DNA of 64,000 nucleotides from an uncultured Mollicutes bacterium. Lineage in GTDB: Bacteria; Bacillota_I; Bacilli_A; Acholeplasmatales; Anaeroplasmataceae. The position numbers and the translations under genes were made by a program. Shown here in pieces: positions 1 through 12,000 of this stretch. The DNA is taken from NCBI GenBank assembly GCA_900540705.1, contig UQGR01000001.1:90062-154061 (forward strand), given 5' to 3'. Every line of letters starts with the position of its first letter. The stretch's first letter is position 1. The notes below the pieces were generated by a model that saw only the letters and a program-made list of their open reading frames with translations, was not told where the DNA came from and ran no database searches.

Positions 1-3000
1 GTCTCCACTACCAATAACTTGACCCTTGTCCTCATCATAGTATTGAGTATACATAGGCTGTGGTAGGAAGTTTCCTTGATCATCCTTGCCATAATACTTA
101 TAGGTATATCTATCCTTAATATTTCCTTCTCCTGCTTGATCACGATTTGTCTTGATGATTTCAGGCATTGTTACCTCATTACCATCGTAAACACGATTCA
201 AGCTAGATACATACTCAATTACAGTTTGAGCACGCACGATAGTCATTGGAAGCTCTAATTCAACAGACTTATAGTTAGAAGAACTCAATCTTATCGTAAC
301 CTTGTACTCGCCAACATCACGCTTCTTAATTGGTGTAGTTGTCCATTGTCCTGTAAAGTCATCAAACCATTCTACTGTCACTAAGGACATATCAGAAGGA
401 TTTGAAACTAAGAAAGAGAACTCATGGAATTGATTATCATAGATATGCTCTGGATGATTAATCTTATACTGAATATCAATTGGATCAATCGTAATGGTTG
501 CTCCCTTAATATCCACTAAGTAGTTTACAGATACATCTTCCCCAGTTAAATCTACAACTGTAAATTCATAATTTAATAGTGTTAAGGTATCATCAATACC
601 CTTATAGGTACCAATGTGATTTCCTCTGGTAACTAATGTTGCATTAAAGGTTAAGCCTTGATTTGCTAATAGGTCAAGAGGAGCATCCTTATCCGTTCTT
701 GTACCAATCTGGTATCTAGTTGTATTTTCTGTAACAGGAACGTTCTTTACCCAACCATCATAAGCATAAACTGGACCACCAATAGCGGCATCCTCAATAT
801 AAATCTTCACTTTAGAAATAACGAAATTTTCCTGTACAACAGATTCCTTATAGTACTTCGTCTGAGGAATGCGCATTGTATATACATAGGCACCAGACCT
901 GATACAGCCCTCCTCAGAAGAGATAGCTGTGGTTGAGCCTGCCTGTTTATAGACGATTTCTATTTGATCAATTGTATAATCATCAGGAATATTTTCATCT
1001 GCATGGGTGACTGTAAAATCAGGGAAATACCGGTCAATCGTTCCACCCTTAATCACACCGGCTGGTAAGGTATCATATTCCTTACCCATCGGCTCTGTTG
1101 TGACTGTTCTTTCCAAACGATCAATTTGGATGACATAAGATCCAATATAAGGTTCAAACTTAATATCAGCTACACCAGGACCAACCATAATCTTGTAGTA
1201 GATGGTATAAGAACCTGGATCAGCAAATTTGAAATCGTTAATATCGCTGTAAACATCTATACCATTGTCAATATTCTGCTGACTTCTAGCATACATCTGG
1301 GTTGCGTTAGTTCTAAACCAATCTGCACTAAAGGAATACTTGTTATCAGCACTCGTATAATCACTAAATTCAATCGTACCTGAATGCTCTTCACCATCAT
1401 ATACACCCTCATAGCCTTCAATTTCTACAGGGATATATGGATAGTGAACCTTCATCTTAAAGGTAAGATTAATTAAATAGTTCTTAGACTGATCTACAAC
1501 CATCTGAATGGTTTCATCTCCTGTAGAAGAGTCAGTTGGATTATAATCTGGGTTGATAACCTCATTATAAATGATATTACCCTTATCATCTGTTTGAACA
1601 AAGCGCCAAGCAATGGTAAACTGCTTTCCACTTTCCGTTGTAAAGGTCTTTACAGAAGAACCATTATGCTTATCACTACCCTCAATATACTTTAAGATCT
1701 GAGAAGCTGTAAACTCTCCTCTTTCAAAGGAATCCGTGGTAATCTGATATTGCAATAGGTCACCTGAAGAGATTCCTGGATTCTTACCAGAATTCAACTG
1801 GATAAGACCACTATCCCATGGCTTACCTAAAGATTCATCATTCATTATTTCCTTATCTTCATCAATCACTAGGTTTACCTGCTTAGCTGTAATACTAAAT
1901 TCCTGAGTTACATCTAGTGTTGTATAGTTTAGGTTTGTAGCATCTGGCTCATCCTTACTAGATACGATATGTACCTTATAACGACCAACATCTGTAGGTG
2001 CAGAATCTAACTGTACCTCATTGTAGGTACCATTATCATAAACAAATTCTGTATAAGTGAAAACTAGGTCACTCACTGAACCATTAAATCCAGAAGCACT
2101 AGTAGCAATCAGCTTAGAAACGTCAACTGGAGAACCATCATATACCTTGCCTAAATTTCTATTGAAGGTCATATAGGCTGGGAATTGAGTGATTGTTACA
2201 TTGACATGTCCACGTACTGCTGTATATCCAGGAGCAATGACATCAAAATCAATTTCATATTCTCCTGCCTGTGAAAGGTTAGGGAATTGAGCACCATAGG
2301 ATACACCATTGACCTCAAAGCCACTTACAGTGTAGCCAGATTTAGGATTCTTGACAGTCAAGCACTGAAGCTCGTTGAAGGTATAACCGATAACAGAGCT
2401 ATTCTTAACTTCCTTATATGGAAGTGTTACATCCTTAACTTCAAAATCAATTTCATCTGACTTTACAATGACAGTACCAATAATTTCAAAGTTGATAGAA
2501 TCTGTAATTTCAACGCCATCCTTATTTCGAATGACACAGCTGATATCGAACTGGTCGCCCTTATAAGTACCTGGACGATAATCCTTAGCCACAACATAAG
2601 CTGGCTGAGATTCATCTGCCAAAGAGCTTATTGTAATTGTTGGTATCCAGTTCTTAATGAAATCAGTATCGGATAATATTTCAGCAGCTCCAGCAGTATT
2701 CGTCTTAAATAGATTTGTACGCCATGGAGTTTGTGTATTGTAGTATGTAATGGTATTTGAAGCACCACCATCACCTAACTGGATTCTTAGTTCTAGCATT
2801 AAAATGGTGAACAAAGAATCTGTGTTGGTAAGGGTATAGTTACGATCATAGGTTTGACCAGCAAGAGTCGTTGTATCAAATCCTGCAAGAGTTAAATAGT
2901 TTCCTGCATTGATAACTGTATCTACCCAATCAAAGTTTACATTATCCCAATATTTAGGTAATAAATCAACGCGAGTTGCATTCTCATGATCTGTTTCATT

Positions 3001-6000
3001 ATCTATTATATATGGTTTAATATCTAGCTTACTACCAGTGAAGGTTTGTTCTTCTGCCTCCCACTGTACTTCCACCTCTAGCTTATGGCATAAAATCTTA
3101 GCCTCTAGGAATTCCTTAGAGAAATACCTATTGCCATCTGCATCAAAGGTAGAGTAGGAGTCAAATAGGGAGTGATAGTTTTTACCCTCTCCAACAGAAA
3201 CCTCTAGCAAGTATAAGCCTGCATTCTTTTGATCCCCTAGCAATGGGGTCTTATTACCAGTTTCACCATCATAATCATAATACTTAATGATGAGTTCACC
3301 ATCAGAAATACAAGTATAGTCTGGTTCATGACGATATCCGTCATATACCTTTTCCTTATAATCCTCTACCGTGAAATCGCCATCACGTAAGTAAGCCTTT
3401 AGAATCTCCACATGGAAATTACCTAAAATGACTGGATGATAGTTCTTACTATTTACCATCTTACCAGAAGAGGTTCTAATATCAATAGCACCAAACTCAA
3501 ATTGAGTCTTTAAATCATATACACCAGCATCTGCACTATTCGTTTGAACTGTATAGAACTTCTTTGCATTTGCACTTGTATCTAACGTATGCCCTAAAAC
3601 AAGACCTGAGGTAGCCGTATTTGTAGTATCAATCTCAGCGTTTGTCAATGGAATAGAAATTTTAGTTCCATCGTAGGTCTTAACATAATCATTCGTCTCA
3701 TGGATGGTAATGAAAATGTCTCTTGGCTTAAGCTCTACATTCACAATAGCGTAGGAGGTCTTCCATCTTAAAACGTCTTCTGCATAATAAACAACGCAGA
3801 AATAATTACCAGCTTCAACTAACCGATCTAAGCCATCTGCATAAATTTCACTTTCAGCATCAAAGGCCTGATATAGCTTTAATATCTCATCATAGGTATA
3901 CACAGATGCATCATAATATTTCATATGTGTAGCCTTAGGCATTGGGCTAGAAAGGATATTCTTTAGCTCATAAGGATTGATGTGTGGTGTATCATCATAG
4001 ATATCATGCTTTGTCTTTGTCTCATCGCCAACCTTATACATATCTCCTACTAGAATAGAAAGCTCTGCAGGACGAATCTTTAAGGTTGCAGTACCATAAG
4101 TATCTTCAAAGCCATTTGCACCTACCATATAGTTAATCTTATATTCACCAACGTTGATATATTTAGGAGGAACAGAACCATAATTTCCATTATTCTCATA
4201 ACGAACAAATCCGCCATTCAAATAACCAGGAAGGGAAATCTGAATGGTATGAGCTAATCCATCATAGTCGTATTCATCAAGAATCAACACATCATCTAAA
4301 TCAACATCAGGGTTAACTAAAGTAATCAATAGATCATAATCTACATCATAATATTCTAATACAGATATCTTTTCATCATTATCATCTAAAACGTAGTTGC
4401 CGTTGGCATCCCCCTGGTAAATGTTGAAATCCTTTACCTGTACACGGTTAATATAGAATTCATTACTGATGGTTGAGTAGAAATAAGAACCACGTACACC
4501 CTTATTTGTCTCAAGCTCTGCATATAAAATGTGATTGTTTGCAAGACCTGAATAGGTTACTGTCTTTTCTTCTCCATCAATATAAACCGTTCTTGTACCG
4601 CTTAAATCGCCTAAAAGATGCCACTTATTATCGCCACACTGAGCAGATTTATCATAGTATTCAGAATCAGTTTCTACCCAAGGCTCATAAGCATCCTTTA
4701 ATAGATGTTCTTCTTCTAAGGCAAATAATACATTACGTTTTCTAATTTCCATCTCTATCGTATTAGAAGCTAATACATAGTTAGGATTATTTTCCACCAT
4801 AAATACATCAAAGATATAGGTTCCAACCTCAATTGGCTGACGATTTCCTTGAACAGAGGTGATAACATGAATGATATCACTTGTTCCTGTTTCGACATAT
4901 GCCTCAGGCGTCTTCAATGTACCGTCGTAATATTGTGGGTTCGTATATTGGATTTCTAATACTCTTGGAACAATTTCAATATAGCCTGTTACAGAGCATG
5001 GACCACAGTTCTTAGAAGCTGCAACACGTATCTCAACATAGTATACGCCTAACTCCTGTGGTGGGTTAATTCTGTTCATAGGCTCATCATACTTATACTC
5101 AGCACCTACCTTGTAAGCAGAGTAATAATAGTATGCTCTTGCACCATCAGCAACTGTATCAATTACAATCTTACTTCCATCTAGTGGAGCCTTAGAGTAC
5201 ATAAATAACTGAGGGCTATCCATAGAAATAGCTGGATTTAATAGCTTTGTAATCGTAAGAGTTGTATATTCATCAAAGATTTCTGTTTCGAAATTCTCTG
5301 CTTCTAACATGACATAAACGGCATAGGTACCTACATCCTTAAAGCCACGTACCTGAGCTACTCCATCTACAACAGCAACTGTAGGAAGCCAGCCTGAGGT
5401 ACCATTGGTTAAATTAGGATTTGTAGTATAGGAGAACTTAAGAGCAACCTCGCCAGTTCCACGTCCGTTATCATAATAGTAAATCTTTGCATCTGCATCA
5501 TATCGTAGAGTTCCCGTTTTAGCTCGCAAGCCAACCATATGGTACTCTCCATCAAAAACTCCTTCATAAGGAACTGGTTCAACATCCAGCAGCATACCTG
5601 TAATTTCGATATAGCCCTGAATTACAAGATCCTTATACCCAGCAGCAGCAAATTTGACACTTACTAAGTATTTGCCAAGCTCTGTATAAGAAGGCTTTTC
5701 CTTAGTCCAGGTTTTACGATTATCTACAGAATATAGGATATTTGTCCAATCAAAGGCATCTGGATTAGTGAAGGCTGCCTCTAAGGAGTGTGGTTGACCA
5801 TCATATTCGCCTCTAAAGAAGCTGATAGTATAGTCTGTATCCTCAAATTCCTTACCTGTTCCTTCTGGATCCTCATCGTCTAAGTTTATCTTAATTCTTA
5901 CAATTCGATGAACAGGACCAACTGTCTCATGATATGGAGCTTCAATCCGGTAATAAACATCATACTCACCATAATCAATAAATAATGGTGCTTCTGTAGT

Positions 6001-9000
6001 CCAATTAGAGCCATCTAGACTATAATATACTACAGCGCTAAATTTTGGTGATAGGACATTAATTTCATAGGTATGACTCATACTTGTGTATTGTACAGTC
6101 CAGTAATCATCCTGACCATCTGTATCTAATGTCGCTGGATCTTCGTAAACAATAATTAAAGGATTAATCTTAATGGTAACATAATCTATTACAGTTTTGA
6201 AGTATTCTGCACGAATCATATAGTAGAGCTTATACTCCCCTGGATCTGCAAAAACAGGAGCCTTTTCTAACCAACCTGAAGAATTTGCAGAAAGGGAGGA
6301 GGTACTATAGAATACCTCGTAATCAGGGGTAAAGGCTGGATAATAATCAGCACCAGATGGATATAGAACGTCTACTGTTCCTGTATGGAAGTTTCCATCG
6401 TAATCCCCTTCATAGCCTGTCGCATTATAGCGGAATTCAAGTGGTAATATCTCGTATTCTGCTGTAAATACTAATAAGTAATTATCAGAAACTATAGAAT
6501 TATCCACATCGTAATAAATTGTCCACTTTGGTGACCAAATAAAGCTAAAGGTTCCAGTACGATCAGAAGAATAAATTCCTGGAATGAAATCAGAGGTTTG
6601 AACCATACCAGTAAATTCATCACCCGGCAATAATCCCTCATCTGGATTTTCGTCAGTTCGAACTAAATCTGTGGTCAGAGGTGTAAAGGTATACGGATCA
6701 CGGTCAAAGACCTTACTACCTGAAATCGTAATATTTAATCTTCTCTTACTAATTTCAAAGTAATGTAACTCGTTATACTCATTAAAATACTGACCCTCTG
6801 GGGCATAAATTCTTACAGAATAGTTTCCTACATTGGCAGGAGCCTCTGATAATTCATTACCTCTTGCATCATAGTATGTGAACGTCAAATTCAAAAGTTG
6901 ATCTTGACCAATCTTTAAAATCTTTCCATCCTCTACAGGATTTACAGGTTCACGGTCATAAACCTTAGAAAGGTCACCAACCCTAACATTACTCTTGACA
7001 GTTTTAATTCGAATATTCTTAAGTTCTGTATCAAAGTGGCGTCCAGAGATTTGAACTGCAAATACATACTCATTAATCTCCTGGAAGGTTGGATAGTCAT
7101 CTCCAAAGGAGGAACCATCATCCTTATAATACCTTACCTTATATTCTGGATAGTTGTTCATATAAGCCGTCCAGTCTTCTACGCTCAGCTTATACCACTG
7201 ACCATCAACCTCATACTGTACAAACTCATAATAACGAATATTTCCATCATTTACCTCTTCCATAGTAGTAGGATGAACAATATAATCTGGATTTCTTAAG
7301 GAATCATAATCCTGATCATCTACACCTATAAAGTAGGTTAAATTAAATTTGTTGTATTCAATTTGGATACGTCCATTAACGACAACATCGTAGTATTCTG
7401 TTTCATCGGAAAGCCCTAACGTCGGGTTATAAATACAGAATGGCTTTGCCGCACTAGCTGTATAATTCACTACAAAAGAACCATTTTGGTAATAGAAGGA
7501 TACATCCTTCCAAGTAAGATAGGACTCAGCTGTCTCATTAAAGAGATGCCCACTCGTCTTGGAATCTAAAGTATATGGCAATTTTGCATCTCCTGAGGTA
7601 GCCAATGTACCAACAAATCTTGAGTTAGCACCTAAGCCTACCATATAAGTTCTATCATTATTTGGATGATCTGGATCTGTAGGCTTTGCCTTTGGATCTA
7701 CACCCCAAGTATGTGCCCAGTAATCCTCCTTAGGACCAATGGTATAAGTCGTATCAAATGTAATATTGATACGTCCCTTGGTAACACGATATGCCGCTCT
7801 TACACCCTCAATTACATTGCTTGGGCCTAATACGACAGTTGGTGTATAAAGAGAACCATCCTCATTCCGAGCCTTTAACTTGTAGTTATTAGCTTGGGAT
7901 GGAGAAATATAAGCATAAATCAAGTAGGTTCCATAGGTTCCATTAGCTCCATATGGGTAAGTACCAACCTGGGATGGATCCTGATGAGCTGTTACGATTG
8001 TACAGTTAGGTACATAGGTTCCACCATTTATTTTTTTAGCAACAGCATAAGGCTGAATATTGCCACCAATGTAAGGATAGTACACTAACGGAAGCTTTGT
8101 TCCATTATCATCTGTATATGGATTTGGATCGACATCTACTAGCTGATATACTCCATTGATTGGTTGGTTATATTTCGTCCATACGATTTCTACATCCATT
8201 GGAGTAATCTTAACCATATAGGTTACAACCAATTCAAAGTTATTAGATATGTCTGCTCCACGCAAGGTTACCTTCCATGGGGTTGACCAAATTAAAGTAT
8301 TTGAGGCATAAAGACCTGCGTTTGCAGAAGGGGTACGAAGTGTACCAGTAAATACCGCATTCGTAAAGCCTTCTAAGCCTAAAATCTGAGAAGATAGCCA
8401 TGTATTATAGGAATATACCTCACCATCATATTCTTTTTCTACTAAGAAGCCACTTACAGCATGAACCTCAATCAAGCTCTTGGCAATTGTATAATGTAAT
8501 ACAGTTGTTCCTGTAAATAATAATGGATGCTCCGTATCAAAAGTCTCTTCTGCTAACTGACGATTATATTCACGTAAGGCATCATTATCAACACCAACAT
8601 TGATAGTTGCAGTACCTACATTGACATTATTGCTATAGGCGGTTGTAAATACAGTCGTATAGAAATCCTCAATAAACATGATGTTAGATTCTATACCTAA
8701 GCCTTCATTCTCAAATAATTCACCTGGCAGTTGAACTCTTACAAGGTTCTGAATGATAGGACCACTTGTATAGTGATTGTCATGCTGAGATAATGTGTAC
8801 TTAAAGGTATTAATCTTTAAATATGGAACATTATAGGTTACACCTGTACCATACTGCCAGTAATCCTTATAATATAGTACACCACCAGAAGTCCAATATC
8901 TCTGATCCCAAGAATTTTCACCATCGACTGCATAGCAAACTCCATCTATTGGATTTGCCTCAAATGGCTTCCAGCCCTTGACTTTACTGAAAATATTGAC

Positions 9001-12000
9001 TCTTCTATTTTCTTTTTCAGTATCTGTTGCTAAAGGATTCTTCTTTAGCCATTCAATATATTCAGCCTCTAAAGTAGCTGAGCTATTATTATAAATTGCA
9101 GTCACTTCTGCTCTAGTTAGCTCAGTATAAATATCTACACGTGCTCCAGTAGCAAATGGGTCTCCAACAATCTTTGTAACGGATCTTGGTAAAATAACCT
9201 TAGAGATTCCAACCTGACTCTTAATCGGCTTAGCACCAGCGTCTGCATCCTCTTGGGTTACTCTTGATTCATCAATACCAACAACCTGAATACCATTATG
9301 AGTCGTAGGAATGGTAATAATACCACTTAAATTAGCATTTGGAGTCAAACCAGTAATATAGAATTTTCTTTCTGTCTGATCATATACATAAGTATAAACA
9401 TCATCATCAATAGAGCCCAATACATATACTGGATAATCACAGTTCCAGTTATTTACCCAGCCCTTTGACCAGTTCTCTTCTGGCTCATATACATAGAAGA
9501 AGAAATTATCATTACAGCCAATCCATCCTTCTGGATTGATGGTTGTCGTTTCTCTTGGTATTGTCATATATTCAATACCTGTACAACCTTGGAATGCTCC
9601 CTTATCAATCGTCTTTAAGGTTTGAGTAAACTTAAAGTCCTCTAATGAGCGACAATTTTTAAAGGCATAAGGTCCAATATAGCTTGTAGATTCATCATAG
9701 ACAAAACCATGATTTGCTTCTGTATCCCATAAAAGATTTACGCAACCTGAGAAAATTCCTTCTGGAATAGAGAAAATTCCTGTAAAATCAATTCCCTCTA
9801 GACTAGTACAATTTTGGAACATGTACTTTGTAACGTGCTTGTTCGCTTCAAGATTTACATCACTCAAATATTGACAACCACTAAAGATACCATCGCCAAT
9901 ATTAGAACCCAATCTCGCAGGAAGGGATACCTTTTCAATTTGTAAACAATTTGCAAAGGCATAAGAACCAATACTATCAAAATTTTCTAAGTGAATTTCA
10001 TGCTTTGGATCCTTAAAGCCAATAGAGGTTCCTGCAAAGGAGTAAGCCCCTAGAGTGCGAAGTGTATCTGGTGTAAAATCCTCAATAGCTTGAACCTTCT
10101 GACAATTGTAGAAGGCATAATTTCCAGCATGCGTAAAGCTTGCATTTGGATAATTTACACGTGATAGGTTCACACAGTTTGCAAACGCATTATTACCTAA
10201 AATATTAATATATGCATCGTAGAAGTCTACGGAGGTTAAGCTTGAGCATCCTGCAAAGGCATGATCGAATACCTTATTTGACATGTTTGCTTCTGCTCTT
10301 CCTGGAGCTCCTACCTTCACTGATTTTAAATTATTAGGTATATAGAAAGTTGTATTATATTGATATGCTCCATAAGAACCACCATAGGCGTCATGACCAA
10401 AAATATAGCCTAAAACATGGGAACTTCCAGCATTACCATTTTTATTTAAATCATGGCCAATATAAGGAATCGTCAATTCCTGTAAGCCAGAACAACCATA
10501 GAAGGAATATTCCTCTATACTACTAGGTAGATTTGTAATTGATATACTTTCTAAGCTTCTAAAGTTTCTAAAAGAATATGTACCAATGATTGTTTCATCA
10601 GTAACGGTTAAGCTCTTTAAGGTTTGAGGGATATATCTAATATAGCTATCATAATATCTAAACGTATTATTTTCATAGGTTCCTGTATGAGGGGTACTAG
10701 AGAATAACCATTGTACAGAGTTTCTCCAAGCCTTATCTCTCCACCACCACCATGGACGATAGAACTCTCCACGCTCACATCCCGTAAACGGAATAGTTAA
10801 GCTGGTTAGGTTTTGATTGTTATAGAAGATGGAGGAACCCATATAAAGGGTATTCTTACCAATCTCAACATTCTCTAGCTTAGTACAGTTATGGAATACT
10901 GCACCTGAGACATCAGGCTGGTTTGTAATAGATACCGTCGTCAAAGTTCCAGGAACACGAGCTGATCCACTCGTTGCTAAGCTTCCATCAAACTCTGCAC
11001 CATAGAATAGATTACCTAAATGGGATCCTACAGACGAAATCTGTAAGCTCTGAAGATTAGCCATACCATTCATACAGCCAGTTGCTATATTTGAACCAAC
11101 CTCAGGATTGATAGTCAAGTTCACAACAGATTTTAATCCCTGTAAACAGCCTGTAGATAATACAGTCTCCTTACGAACGGTAACATCTGTTAATGTATTT
11201 GGGATTTGGAAAGTGAAGCTTCCACCACTATAGGATTGTTCTGCTGAGTAGAAATCCTCCTTACCACCCTGCTGGCCAAACAGCCAACCAAATAGACCAT
11301 GATATTCTGTTCTGGCACCCATATTGTCTGTCTGACATTTGTCTGTACAATTTCCACTATGAGCACCAACAAATGGAATAACCATTTTTTTCAATTTTGT
11401 ACATCCACCAAAAGCGGAATACCCAATAGATGTAACACTCTCTGGAATAGATAAATCGTATAAATTCTGACAATTCTCAAAGGCATTCTTACCAATCTTA
11501 GTTAAGGCAGCTGGGAAGTTAAAATCATAAGAGCTTCTTAATACCTGACCTGCAGCTAAATCTGCCTCATAATCGCCTGTTATTCCAGCACTACTATTAC
11601 CACTATATAAAACTATTTTTTCTAAAGACTGACAATCCTTGAAGGCGCCATCATTAATTTCTTTAATACTTGCAGGCATATATAATTCTTTTAAGTTGAT
11701 TGCCTGATATAAGAATGAAGTTGGAATACTCTCTAAAGCTGGAGGTAAAATCAACTTCTCAAGAGACTGACATGTATTAAAGGTTCCTTCTCCGAAAGAA
11801 ACATTCATCTTAGTAGGTAATATAACTTCCTTTAATTCTTGACACTCTGAAAATGCCATCTTACCAAAAGCAAAAGAGGAGCTCTTAAAATCAGGAATCT
11901 CAATATGACGGGCCGTACATCCTGTAAAAGCATTATTTCCTATCTTAGTATCATCTGTTACAATAATCCACTGTAGACTTCTTGGAATCAAATATTGGAA

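Noticed and set aside
8028-8036. Homopolymeric A/T runs (7-8 nt) inside the coding regions as candidate phase-variation slip sites (also about 11381..11390 and others)
   Set aside because: Runs of 7 A or T are expected by chance in coding DNA this AT-rich. None is 9 nt or longer, and none sits near a start codon. There is no positive evidence of phase variation.
11190-11372. 60-aa minus-strand ORF reported in the track
   Set aside because: It is in a different frame from gene B, which I verified as coding across this interval. It is an overlapping out-of-frame artefact.
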